A stretch of 54,721 bases of DNA, taken from assembly GCA_964371245.1 (NCBI GenBank), contig CAYJKP010000002.1, positions 46,239 through 100,959 on the forward strand. Direction: 5' to 3'. Below the pieces are notes generated by a model. The model saw only the letters and a program-made list of their open reading frames with translations, searched no databases and was not told the origin of the DNA. This DNA is from an uncultured Gammaproteobacteria bacterium. GTDB taxonomy: Bacteria > Patescibacteriota > Patescibacteriia > JAHIZJ01. A program made the translations under genes and the position numbers. Position 1 is the first letter of the stretch; every line of letters starts with the position of its first letter. Below are positions 45,624 through 54,721 of the stretch, in pieces.

Positions 45624-46001
45624 TTATTGCACGACGATTGTGCCGGTCATAGTCGGATGGATGCTGCAGCTGTACGCGTACGTGCCGGGCGTCGAAAAGG
45701 TAAACGTGTAGGCCTGACCCGGAGCGAGGTCGCCGGAATTAAAGGCGCTCGCCGTGACCGTGTGCGTGACCGAATCGTTATTAATCCAGGTGACCGCCGT
45801 GCCAGCCGTAACCGTCAGGGTCGCAGGCGAAAAGGCGAAGTTATTGATCGTCACGCTATTGCCCGTCGCTGCGTTGGAGTTCGAAGTACCAGTATTCGTG
45901 GTGTTTGTATTCGTTGTTGATTTGGACGAATTGCCGCACGCAGCGCCGATGGTAACAACAACCGCGGCCAGCAAAATGGCGATGATAAGCGTTTTCTTCA
46001 T
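45624..46001 (-). CDS. Cupredoxin (plastocyanin-like) lipoprotein; start placed at ATG 46001
   Basis: Lipobox IGAAC; FAFSPATLTV, WINNDSVTHTV, YSCSIHPTMTG (His/Cys/His/Met copper ligands). Confidence 0.9.
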   Translation of the reverse strand: MKKTLIIAILLAAVVVTIGAACGNSSKSTTNTNTTNTGTSNSNAATGNSVTINNFAFSPATLTVTAGTAVTWINNDSVTHTVTASAFNSGDLAPGQAYTFTFSTPGTYAYSCSIHPTMTGTIVVQ

Positions 46002-46081
46002 AGCGGGGCATTTACGGATTAGTCTGCTAAGACTAACATAGGACAAAGCAAAAAACAAATGCCCTTCGATCGTAGATGATA

Positions 46082-46753
46082 TTATTTTGAACCGCTGTAT
46101 TCGTCGATCTTCTTTCCGACTGATTCGATGGATGGATCAATTTTTTCCGATGGCAGCGCGGCGGCCAATTGTTTCATAATAACCCGTGTCCTGACAAGCG
46201 ACCCTTTTGTCGGAATATTTGCGACTGTCATTTGATCGGCTGGTAATAGGTACGTTCGGATACCATTGGCGGTATCTACATCGATCCAGCCATGCAAGAG
46301 ATGAGATTTCTTCATTTTCTCTCTTACCTCCTCACCGGTATATGAGGGAAATGTCTTGCCGGTTAGCAACCGCACGAGCAGGCCGGCTAGCATTGAAGCC
46401 GGTCCATGAAAACGAAAATAGTCTTCCTGATGCGGTACTGAGGCATAGTAGACTTGCCGTATTGCCGACAGAGGAATAACGATGTCATGATACACGTTGT
46501 GAAAGATGAAATCAGTTTTGGTAACGATCGTCTGTTTACGAAATCGAGTCATAATTATCAAGGTCAGAACCGTAAACGTCGCTACGCCGGTAAAAATAAA
46601 AAAGTGCTTCGTTGATCCCGTATTGAGATACTTAACAATGCTTGCCAAATACCAAACAATTGCCGCAAAAGCAAGCGTCCCTATTATACCCGAGATGTTT
46701 AATTTATTTCGGATTCTATTATTTCTCAACCCGCCAGGGTTTTCCTTCGCCAT
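46082..46753 (-). CDS. Hypothetical membrane protein (223 aa)
   Basis: Two N-terminal TM helices, then a PH-like soluble region; AT-richer than its neighbours. Confidence 0.65.
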   Translation of the reverse strand: MAKENPGGLRNNRIRNKLNISGIIGTLAFAAIVWYLASIVKYLNTGSTKHFFIFTGVATFTVLTLIIMTRFRKQTIVTKTDFIFHNVYHDIVIPLSAIRQVYYASVPHQEDYFRFHGPASMLAGLLVRLLTGKTFPSYTGEEVREKMKKSHLLHGWIDVDTANGIRTYLLPADQMTVANIPTKGSLVRTRVIMKQLAAALPSEKIDPSIESVGKKIDEYSGSK

Positions 46754-46761
46754 ACCGTTTG

Positions 46762-47406
46762 TTAATTCTTCACTTCCACTCCACCGAAAAGCGCCGTGCC
46801 GGAAATCTTCAGCGTTTTCGTTGCGCCGCTGTCCGGCTGGGTTTTATTCGAGGCGCCGCCAAAAAGCGGCAGGACGTCGGTTTTCACATTGACCGATTTC
46901 GGGACAAAGACGTCGATCCCACCGAAGGCGGCAAAGACGCTGATTGTCGCATTGTCTTGAATGTTGGCGTTACGGAGATCAAGTTTCATGCCGCCAAAGG
47001 CAACGGACAGGTCTGTGCCGGTAAAATCGCCGGAGACGTTTTTATCAACGCCGCTGAAGGCCGCAAATGCGTTCTTTGTTTCGCTGCCGGCCACGGCATT
47101 GTCACGATTCGAACGACCGACAATGACACGGATGCCGATCAAAACGAGCAAACCGGGAAAGAAGTAGTCGCCCCAGTTGCCGGGCAGGATGTCGAGGTTG
47201 CTGAACAGGAAAGCCAGGCCGATCAGCATGATCAGGACCGGTCCGAACCAATTGCGCGGATTTGACCGAAACGAGATCAAACCGATGCCGACGATAAACG
47301 ATGGCCAGACAATTTCCATGATCCGGTCGCTGTTTGCCGCGCCGGTGGCATTGAGGAAAAGGCTCACGCCCAATACCACAATAAGTAAACCAATGAGATA
47401 ACGCAT
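46762..47406 (-). CDS. LiaF-related membrane protein (DUF5668 + DUF2154-like)
   Basis: Four TM helices (WPSFIVGIG); AFGGMKLDLRNA, FAAFGGIDVFVP, LKISGTALFGGVEVKN. Confidence 0.85.
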   Translation of the reverse strand: MRYLIGLLIVVLGVSLFLNATGAANSDRIMEIVWPSFIVGIGLISFRSNPRNWFGPVLIMLIGLAFLFSNLDILPGNWGDYFFPGLLVLIGIRVIVGRSNRDNAVAGSETKNAFAAFSGVDKNVSGDFTGTDLSVAFGGMKLDLRNANIQDNATISVFAAFGGIDVFVPKSVNVKTDVLPLFGGASNKTQPDSGATKTLKISGTALFGGVEVKN

Positions 47407-47555
47407 AAAAATACGCTAAATTATTAGACGCCTATAGTGTAGGTTGTTTTCAGCTAAAAATCAACTTCATAATGTACGGTTGCCATGAAACCTTGGGCAT
47501 GATATCCTAAAACAAAAGGCGCAGGGAAACCCTGGGTTTTTTCTATTTACCCGGA

Positions 47556-47726
47556 TCACCTGCGCACCTGGCTGGGAGACAGTCGGAGGGAAAGCCCCCA
47601 CGGAAGAAGGAACGTGAGCCCGCCGAAAACGAGCCCAATGGGCAGGAGCAGCAGCGACAGGACGCCGCCGAGAATGAGGAAAAGTCCACTGATGCAATAC
47701 ACCGCGTATTTGGTAGTTTGCCGCAT
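47556..47726 (-). CDS. 56-aa hydrophobic small protein (below the ORF-track cutoff)
   Basis: AGGAGGAGGTG SD; MRQTTKYAVYCISGLFLILGGVLSLLLLPIGLVFGGLTFLLPWGLSLRLSPSQVRR. Confidence 0.75.
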   Translation of the reverse strand: MRQTTKYAVYCISGLFLILGGVLSLLLLPIGLVFGGLTFLLPWGLSLRLSPSQVRR

Positions 47727-47805
47727 CGCACCTCCTCCTGAGTCGGTTCGCCATGAATAGCCTAACTCTAGCGAAGAACAATCCAGGCGTCAAATATCAT
47801 AATCT

Positions 47806-48681
47806 ATGGAAAACCGAACGATCAAAACCATCCAGCCAACTGACGTCAATTATCCACCGCTGCTGAAGGAAATTTACCATCCGCCAGCTACCTTATATTA
47901 TATAGGAAGCCTCGCAAACGCCGGGCAGTACGTTTTATCGGTGGTCGGCACCCGCAAACCATCGAACTATGGCCTCCGGGTAACTGACGATCTGGTAACA
48001 GCGACCGCCCGGCGCGGCGTCATTATTGTCTCCGGCTTGGCATATGGCATTGATGCCCGAGCGCACGCGGCCGCGCTCTCGGTTGGCGGAAAAACCTGGG
48101 CGGTCATGGCGAGTGGCCTTGACCGGGTCTACCCGGCTGCGCACCGAGCCTTAGCCGAAAAAATCGTGGCTACCGGCGGGGCCTTGATCTCCGACTACCC
48201 ACCCGGAACCGAACCGTTGAAACAGCACTTCCCCGCCCGAAACCGTATCATTGCCGGGCTCTCGCTTGGCACGCTGATTGTCGAGGCGCCGGACAAATCG
48301 GGTGCCTTGATCACTGCCAACTTTGCCCTTGATTACAACCGCGAGGTTCTGGCCGTGCCCGGTGAGGCCTATACGCCGAGCGCGGTCGGCACCAATCGGC
48401 TGATCAAACAGGGGGCAAAAGTGGTGACCGAGGCTGCTGATATCCTCGAGATATTCGGCCTCGCTGAGACGGCAAATCTTCCGAAAAACGGTCGCTACCA
48501 GCCTGCCAACGAAGCAGAGCGCAGCATACTCGATCTCTTGCGCGCCGGCCCCCAGACAGTTGACCAAATTTGCGAGAAGTGTAAACTGGGGATTAGTACT
48601 ATGAATTCCACGCTCTCGTTTCTGGAAATGTCAGGCGCTATTATTCAGCTCGAGCCGCAAACCTACGCGCTCAATCTCTAA
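47806..48681 (+). CDS. dprA: DNA-processing protein DprA
   Basis: YPPLLKEI..PP..LY, VVGTRKPS.YG, VSGLAYGIDA.AH, FPARNRIIAGLS, SGALITA, and a C-terminal winged helix. Confidence 0.97.
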   Translation: MENRTIKTIQPTDVNYPPLLKEIYHPPATLYYIGSLANAGQYVLSVVGTRKPSNYGLRVTDDLVTATARRGVIIVSGLAYGIDARAHAAALSVGGKTWAVMASGLDRVYPAAHRALAEKIVATGGALISDYPPGTEPLKQHFPARNRIIAGLSLGTLIVEAPDKSGALITANFALDYNREVLAVPGEAYTPSAVGTNRLIKQGAKVVTEAADILEIFGLAETANLPKNGRYQPANEAERSILDLLRAGPQTVDQICEKCKLGISTMNSTLSFLEMSGAIIQLEPQTYALNL

Positions 48682-48688
48682 TAAAACC

Positions 48689-50923
48689 ATGCCGAAACAA
48701 CTCGTTATCGTCGAGTCACCGACGAAAGCCAAAACCATCTCCCGGTTCCTCGGGAGGAATTTTATTATCAAATCATCAAACGGCCACGTCCGCGATCTGC
48801 CGAAAAGCAAAATGGGCGTGGATATTGAGCATGATTTCGCGCCGCAATATATCATCCCGACGCGCAGCCGGAAAAATGTCACCGCCTTGAAAAAAGAGGC
48901 TAAAGCGGCTGATTCCATACTCTTCGCGACAGACGAAGACCGCGAAGGCGAGGCTATTTCCTGGCATTTGGCGCAATTACTGGAAGTACCTGATGATAAG
49001 GTGAAGCGGATTACCTTTGAAGAAATTACCGAAGGTGCTATCAAAAAGGCGGTGGCGAACCCGCGCCGCATCGATACAAATTTGGTGAACGCCCAGCAAA
49101 CCCGGCGGATTCTCGACCGGCTGCTCGGGTATGAACTCTCCCCCTTCCTCTGGAAAAAAGTCGCCAAAGGCTTATCCGCCGGTCGCGTTCAGTCGGTCGC
49201 ACTCCGCCTCATCGTTGAACGGGAACAGGCGATTTTAGCGTTTACGCCAAAGGAGTATTGGAACATTGAAGCCGAGTTTGAGAAACAGGATCACGCTGAA
49301 CCGAAGATAACCGCCCGGCTCTACGAACATAAAGGCAAGCGCCTTGATAAAATGGCGGTCCACGAACAGAGCGAGGCGGAACAGATTGTGAAGGATTTGA
49401 AATTGGCCAGCTATGCCGTTCGCAATTTGGAACAAAAAGAAACCAAACGCTGGCCCTTGCCGCCGTTTACCACCTCGACGCTTCAGCAGGAAGCGAACCG
49501 GCGATTTGGCTTTTCGGCCCGGCAAACCATGTACATGGCCCAACAACTCTATGAAGGGATTGTGTTGGGCAAAGAGGGCTCAGTCGGTTTGATTACTTAT
49601 ATGCGGACTGATTCCGTAAATTTGTCGGAAGAATTCTTGATGAAAGCGCGCAGCTATATCGTTGAAGCGTACGGCAATCAGTACGTGACGCCCGAACCGC
49701 GCCGGTATACGACAAAACAACGCCTCGCTCAAGAAGCGCACGAGGCTATTCGTCCGACCGAAGCGTCTCGCCCGCCCGAGGCAGTCAAAGAATACCTGGA
49801 CACGGCTACCTATAAAATTTACTCACTGATCTGGTCGCGCGCCGTTGCCTCGCAAATGCCGGAGGCGCGCCTCGACCAAACCACCATTGATATCAAAAGC
49901 TCGTCTGATTACGTCTTTCGGGCCACCGGCAGTGTCGTGCGCTTCGATGGCTACCTTAAAGTCTACGTCACAAACCAAAAGGATGTCGTACTCCCAAGCG
50001 TTAAAACAGACGAACCGGTAAACATCCTCAATCTCAAACACGAGCAGAAGTTTACCGAACCGCCCGCCCGGTATTCCGAGGCCGGCCTCGTCAAAGCGCT
50101 TGAAGAACACGGGATCGGCCGGCCGTCAACCTATGCCCCGACCATCGCCACCATTATCGAACGGAAATACGTTGAGAAAGACAAGCGCCGGCTGAAACCG
50201 ACTGAAATCGGCATGCTCGTCACCGACCTACTGGTGAATCATTTTCCCCAGATCGTTGATTACCAATTCACCGCCCAAATGGAAGAAGGCCTTGATGAAA
50301 TCGCCGCCGGCAAGAAAGAGTGGGTGCCGCTCCTCAAAGACTTTTACTATCCGTTTAAAGAAAACCTGACGAAAAAAGAGCAGGAAATATCAAAGAAAGA
50401 TCTGACTGAAACAACCACGGACGAGGTCTGTGAAAAATGCAGCAAACCGATGATTATAAAGATCGGCCGCTTCGGAAAATTTCTGGCCTGCACCGGCTTT
50501 CCAGACTGTAAAAATACGAAAGCTTTGAACGGCGACGGCACCGGACCGGACAAAAGCGAAATTGTCGACGAAAAATGCCCCGAATGCGGCAAGCCCTTGC
50601 AGCGCAAGGTCGGACGGTTCGGCCCGTTCCTCGGCTGCACCGGCTATCCTGAATGCAAATTCATAAAAAACATCGACAAATCGACGGGCGTCACGTGTCC
50701 CCAATGCAACGTCGGCCAAATCGTTGAGAAGCGCAGTTTCCGCGGCCGGGTATTTTATGCCTGCAACGAATACCCGAAATGCCGCTTCGCCCTCTGGTCA
50801 AAACCGACCGGCGAGAAATGCCCGCAGTGCGGCAGCCTGCTCGTCTACGCGAAGAAACAAATCACCTGCGCCAGCAAGGAATGCAAATATTCTAAACCGA
50901 TCGATGAGATACCGGCTGGATAA
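48689..50923 (+). CDS. topA: DNA topoisomerase I with C-terminal zinc ribbons
   Basis: IVESPTKAKTI, ATDEDREGE, SAGRVQS, ITYMRTDS (catalytic Tyr), GIGRPSTYA, and several C4 zinc ribbons. Confidence 0.98.
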   Translation: MPKQLVIVESPTKAKTISRFLGRNFIIKSSNGHVRDLPKSKMGVDIEHDFAPQYIIPTRSRKNVTALKKEAKAADSILFATDEDREGEAISWHLAQLLEVPDDKVKRITFEEITEGAIKKAVANPRRIDTNLVNAQQTRRILDRLLGYELSPFLWKKVAKGLSAGRVQSVALRLIVEREQAILAFTPKEYWNIEAEFEKQDHAEPKITARLYEHKGKRLDKMAVHEQSEAEQIVKDLKLASYAVRNLEQKETKRWPLPPFTTSTLQQEANRRFGFSARQTMYMAQQLYEGIVLGKEGSVGLITYMRTDSVNLSEEFLMKARSYIVEAYGNQYVTPEPRRYTTKQRLAQEAHEAIRPTEASRPPEAVKEYLDTATYKIYSLIWSRAVASQMPEARLDQTTIDIKSSSDYVFRATGSVVRFDGYLKVYVTNQKDVVLPSVKTDEPVNILNLKHEQKFTEPPARYSEAGLVKALEEHGIGRPSTYAPTIATIIERKYVEKDKRRLKPTEIGMLVTDLLVNHFPQIVDYQFTAQMEEGLDEIAAGKKEWVPLLKDFYYPFKENLTKKEQEISKKDLTETTTDEVCEKCSKPMIIKIGRFGKFLACTGFPDCKNTKALNGDGTGPDKSEIVDEKCPECGKPLQRKVGRFGPFLGCTGYPECKFIKNIDKSTGVTCPQCNVGQIVEKRSFRGRVFYACNEYPKCRFALWSKPTGEKCPQCGSLLVYAKKQITCASKECKYSKPIDEIPAG

Positions 50924-50959
50924 TAACTATTCTGACAGAAAATCGTTTATACATAAAAC

Positions 50960-50989
50960 CGTAGGCGAGGATGATCATCCTCGCCTACG
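50960..50989. repeat. Perfect 30-bp palindrome, GTAG-type REP-like element
   Basis: CGTAGGCGAGGATGA|TCATCCTCGCCTACG. Confidence 0.85.
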
Positions 50990-51032
50990 TTGCATATTTG
51001 TCTAAGAACATCTAACTCGCTATACTGATTTT

Positions 51033-52469
51033 ATGGCAACCGTCACGTTTCAAGATTTGAAGGCAAAAGCCAAAGAGATGCATCTCAAGCTCGACCTGAC
51101 GCTGCTCCGGCTGGCTTTTGATTACGCCGAGCAGGCGCACCGGAACCAAGCGCGGAAGTCGGGCGAGCCCTACATCGTCCATCCGGCGAAAACCGCCCTG
51201 ACGCTGATGGAATACAAGCTCGACCAGGCGACAATCCTGGCCGGCCTGCTTCATGATGTACCGGAGGATACCGATGAATCGATTCACGAAATCAAACGGA
51301 ATTTCGGCGACGAGGTTGCCTTTCTCGTTGAAGGGGTAACCAAACTCGGGATTATCAAATACCGCGGCCTGGAACGCTATATTGAAAATCTCCGCAAGAT
51401 GTTTATTGCCATGGCGGCTGATATCCGCGTCATGCTCGTCAAGTTCGCCGATCGGCTCCACAACCTGGAAACACTCGACGCCCTGCCGCCCGAGAAACGG
51501 CGCCGGATTGCCCTGGAAACGCTCGAAATATACGCGCCGATCGCGAACCGACTCGGCATCGGCGAACTGAAAGGGCAACTCGAGGATCACGCCTTCCGCT
51601 ATGTCTATCCGAAAGAATACACTCGGGTAAAAGAGCAATTTACCTCCGTCTACCAAAAACGGTACGACTACGCTGAGAAAATCAAAAAGATTGTTCGGAA
51701 AGAATTGGTGGCCGAGGGAATCATCCCAATCGACATCCACGGCCGGACAAAACATTTGTATAGTTTATATAAGAAACTGCTCCGACATGATAACGATATT
51801 ACCCAGATTCACGATTTGATTGCCCTCCGGATCATCGTCCGCGACGTCAAGGATTGTTATGCCGCGCTCGGCGTCATCCATAAGCTCTGGAAACCGCTCA
51901 AGGGTCGCATCAAGGACTATATCGCCTCCCCTAAACCGAATGGCTATCAGTCGCTCCACACCACGGTCTTCTGCGAGGGCGGCCAGGTGGTTGAGTTTCA
52001 AGTGCGGGACAAACAAATGCATGATTTGGCCGAATATGGTATTGCCGCCCACTGGCACTATACCGAAGAAGGTAAGCGTTCGACCATTCCTCCAAAAAAG
52101 CTTGAGTGGATCAATCAGCTGCTCGACTGGCAAAAAAAACTCCACAATCACCGCCAATATCTCGAAACATTGAAAATTGATACCTTTCAAACCCGTATTT
52201 TCGTTTTCACACCCAAGGGCGATGTCATCGACTTGCCGGAAGACTCGACGCCGGTTGATTTCGCCTATGCGATCCACAGCGATCTGGGCGACCGCTGCGC
52301 CGGCGCAAAGATAAACGATCACATTGCCCGCCTCGATACCCCCCTGCGCAACGGCGACGTGTGTGAAATCATTACCGATAAAAAACGAAAAAAGCCAAAC
52401 CGCGACTGGCTGGACTTTGTGAAAACAAGTGCGGCCCGGTCCCATATCCGAAACGCCATCAAACGCTAA
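51033..52469 (+). CDS. rel: RelA/SpoT homolog (HD hydrolase + synthetase + TGS; no ACT domain)
   Basis: HRNQARKSGEPYIVHP, LLHDVPED, KFADRLHN, RIKDYIASPKPNGYQSLHT, FTPKGD...PVDFAYAIHS. Confidence 0.95.
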   Translation: MATVTFQDLKAKAKEMHLKLDLTLLRLAFDYAEQAHRNQARKSGEPYIVHPAKTALTLMEYKLDQATILAGLLHDVPEDTDESIHEIKRNFGDEVAFLVEGVTKLGIIKYRGLERYIENLRKMFIAMAADIRVMLVKFADRLHNLETLDALPPEKRRRIALETLEIYAPIANRLGIGELKGQLEDHAFRYVYPKEYTRVKEQFTSVYQKRYDYAEKIKKIVRKELVAEGIIPIDIHGRTKHLYSLYKKLLRHDNDITQIHDLIALRIIVRDVKDCYAALGVIHKLWKPLKGRIKDYIASPKPNGYQSLHTTVFCEGGQVVEFQVRDKQMHDLAEYGIAAHWHYTEEGKRSTIPPKKLEWINQLLDWQKKLHNHRQYLETLKIDTFQTRIFVFTPKGDVIDLPEDSTPVDFAYAIHSDLGDRCAGAKINDHIARLDTPLRNGDVCEIITDKKRKKPNRDWLDFVKTSAARSHIRNAIKR

Positions 52470-52477
52470 GATAAACA

Positions 52478-52507
52478 CAAACCGCCCCCGAGGGGGCGGT
52501 TGTTTTT
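52478..52507. terminator. Intrinsic terminator between convergent genes
   Basis: AACCGCCCCC-GA-GGGGGCGGTT followed by GTTTTT. Confidence 0.8.
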
Positions 52508-52528
52508 CTATTATCGTGCGTACACGTA

Positions 52529-54721
52529 CTAGAGAGTCACATCTAATTCCTTTAGCTTATCAATCACTGTCTGATTGTTCGGGTTGTTCTGGTAAACGCG
52601 GAGGAAGAGTGCTTTGGCGGTTTCCTTGTCGCCGTCAGCCAAGACAAGTTCGGCCAACTGATAGGCCGCATTGGCGTGATCGGGAACAAGATTCAGCACC
52701 GCTACGAATTCCTGTTTGGCTTTGTCCTTTTGGTCCGTCGCAACGTACATTCGTCCCAGTTCATAGAGCACGTCGGTATTGGTCGGATATTTCGCAGCCA
52801 GTGTTTCAACTTGGGTAATCGCATCTTCACGCTGGCCCATCAGTTCGCTCATCAGCGCTTTTTTCAGTAAGGCGATGACATAGTCGTTTTTCAGTGTGCC
52901 CGCCTTTTCGTAATAACTGGCAGCACGGGTATAGTATTCCGTCGTCTGGGTTTGCGCTTGCTGTTTTTGTTCGTCGGTCACATCAGTGGCCTGAGCGAGA
53001 GCATTCTCGATCGCCTGCCCAGCCGCCACCGCATCGTCGCCCGCGCCCACATAATTCAAGGGGTTATTCGGGTCGAGCTCAATCAGTTTATCATAATGTT
53101 CGAGCAGTTGACTGCTGACATTCGGGTCAAAAACACGGAGCGCGGCGCTGAAATTTACGAAGTCCTGATAATTGAGGGCGTCTTTAGAATTAATGTCAAG
53201 TCCGCTTTTCGCCGCTGCCGTGGCCAGAGTAATAAGCTGCCGCGCCTTGTCAATATCGGCTTGCGTCGTCGGAGAAATACTGCCGGCCTCCTGAACGTAG
53301 GTTTGTCCGAGGGCGTAATAATAGGACGGCTCGCGGCCGTTGAGATCGATTGCTCGGCTGAAATTCTTCTCGGCTTTTCCGTAATCTCGACTGATCAAGG
53401 CCCGGCTGCCATCGGCATAGCGGAAATCACCGAGCCAGATTGTTACCGCACCATAGAGAAAGGCTAAGCCCAAAACCACCAACAGAGAGAACGCGATCGA
53501 GCTGAAGAAACCTGAAGCGGGCGATGGTTTCGTCTCAAGAACTTGGGTTTCGTCCTTAGTGAATAGACTGACCCCGAGCGCCAAGAAAAGCCAGAGCAGG
53601 AAAACAAGAACAAACGAGAAGGGGTAGAAAAAGCTGACCACAAAAAGTCCCAGCCAGGAAAGAATGACCCCCAGGGCAACAAACCAGGTGGTATGATCGC
53701 CACGCTCTTTGACGAGCAGCCGGATAGTCCGCCAACCGTGGCGTACGAACAACCAGAGCCAAACAAGCGTGACAATAATTCCGGTCGTAATGAGTATTTG
53801 CAGAAATTCGCTGGCACCCTTGAGAAAATTGAGATTCCAAACATTCGTGTTATTGAACGATAATGGCCGATGCGCCGAAAACGCCCAGGAAAACATTTCC
53901 GGTCCAGTGCCAAAGAGCGGCGCTTGCCGAAGTGTGGACTGAGCGATCGTCCAGGTCGTGCCTTGGCCGAGGACTACATCATCGGGGATCTGAATGTTCG
54001 TGACCGCGCTGACATTCACAAAGGTAAGTATTGCTGCCACGATCAGTAGAATCGTCGGCAAAATCGCCCAACGTGATTCGATATCGCGCGAACGGAGCGT
54101 TAAAAAAAGCAGGAAAACGAAGAGTAGGCCGATCAGAACATACCAGACCATGTTGATATCAACCAAGACGAGAACGACGTATTCAAGTAGTCCAGCGATA
54201 ATCAGGAACAGCCGCCAGCCTGGTTTCTTTGAAACAACCAGCAGGCTCAAACTGGCTGTCAGGATCACCGCCAAATAGATGCCCAGGACGACTGAGGAAT
54301 TGAAGACGGGATTAAAGGTGATCGCCTTCGTCGCTTCAGAGCCGAAAATATACACCTGCAACATCTGAAGAAAACTGATTAAGGCGACGAAGCCGCCGGC
54401 GACCAGCGTTGTCTTGAGGATTTTCAGAATGTCCTTGACAGACCGAAAATTATTGACCACGAGAAAATAGAACAAGATCAAGAACAGCACCACCACAACG
54501 CTGTGATGATAATAATTTGCCGTACCGACCACGCTGGTATACCAGTCCTTTGAAAAAAGCGTTACTAAAATATACAGAAGGCCAAAAATCACCACCGGTA
54601 TATCCAAGGCGGTCCGGCGGAATCGGAAACCTTTTCGAAAAACAATCTTGCCGAGCCAGGCCAGGACACCGATCAGCGTCAGCAGGCTGAACAAGAGCGT
54701 TTTATTAAGATCAAAAACGGT
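52529..54721 (-). CDS. O-antigen-ligase-like polytopic membrane protein with C-terminal TPRs (5' end outside the window)
   Basis: Frame is open to the window edge (TVFDLNKTLLFS...); many TM helices; PLFGTGPEMF...FLQILITTGII (Wzy_C-like); TPR helices. Confidence 0.82.
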   Translation of the reverse strand, partial: TVFDLNKTLLFSLLTLIGVLAWLGKIVFRKGFRFRRTALDIPVVIFGLLYILVTLFSKDWYTSVVGTANYYHHSVVVVLFLILFYFLVVNNFRSVKDILKILKTTLVAGGFVALISFLQMLQVYIFGSEATKAITFNPVFNSSVVLGIYLAVILTASLSLLVVSKKPGWRLFLIIAGLLEYVVLVLVDINMVWYVLIGLLFVFLLFLTLRSRDIESRWAILPTILLIVAAILTFVNVSAVTNIQIPDDVVLGQGTTWTIAQSTLRQAPLFGTGPEMFSWAFSAHRPLSFNNTNVWNLNFLKGASEFLQILITTGIIVTLVWLWLFVRHGWRTIRLLVKERGDHTTWFVALGVILSWLGLFVVSFFYPFSFVLVFLLWLFLALGVSLFTKDETQVLETKPSPASGFFSSIAFSLLVVLGLAFLYGAVTIWLGDFRYADGSRALISRDYGKAEKNFSRAIDLNGREPSYYYALGQTYVQEAGSISPTTQADIDKARQLITLATAAAKSGLDINSKDALNYQDFVNFSAALRVFDPNVSSQLLEHYDKLIELDPNNPLNYVGAGDDAVAAGQAIENALAQATDVTDEQKQQAQTQTTEYYTRAASYYEKAGTLKNDYVIALLKKALMSELMGQREDAITQVETLAAKYPTNTDVLYELGRMYVATDQKDKAKQEFVAVLNLVPDHANAAYQLAELVLADGDKETAKALFLRVYQNNPNNQTVIDKLKELDVTL

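Noticed and set aside
47467-47793. 108-aa and 62-aa minus-strand ORFs
   Set aside because: The SD-supported frame is the 56-aa ORF at 47556-47726.
1-54721. Alternative genetic code (TGA read-through, as in Gracilibacteria)
   Set aside because: Long conserved genes are intact under code 11, and several end at TGA at the expected length (for example der, mfd, HIT).

Overview
This window looks like the chromosome of a Patescibacteria (CPR) bacterium. That is inferred from the VirB2/TrbC-like pilin fusion, CPR-type hypothetical families and the absence of biosynthetic genes. The genetic code is 11, since TGA is used as a stop. A housekeeping backbone (yqeY, rpsU, HIT, hisS, lepB, tRNA-Val(CAC), der, pth, mfd, RhlE-like helicase, dprA, topA, Rel) is interrupted by three accessory blocks. 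(1) 5.9-24.4 kb is a surface-structure locus: three tandem small WxL-type proteins, a DUF916-type partner fused to LysM and a pseudopilin-like domain, and a 1479-aa adhesin whose C-terminal WxL domain is split by a beta-propeller. These genes are interleaved, and partly overlap, with four GT-C-type membrane proteins, a methyltransferase, a flippase-like protein and an LCP protein. This is my best candidate for an undescribed system: a glycosylated WxL fibre in a CPR cell. (2) 26.4-28.1 kb is a cluster of candidate non-coding RNAs, including a 122/132-bp structured direct repeat flanking a GC-rich ORFan. (3) 31-44 kb is a variable region. It holds an AT-rich three-gene operon (N4/N6 methyltransferase, SF2-helicase/Z1 protein, small nuclease-like protein), repeated terminator-promoter junctions, MazG-like and GIY-YIG genes, a RAYT transposase carrying an in-frame REP doublet, and self-contained ORFan cassettes. 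All domain calls come from motifs recognised by eye; no searches or folding programs were run.
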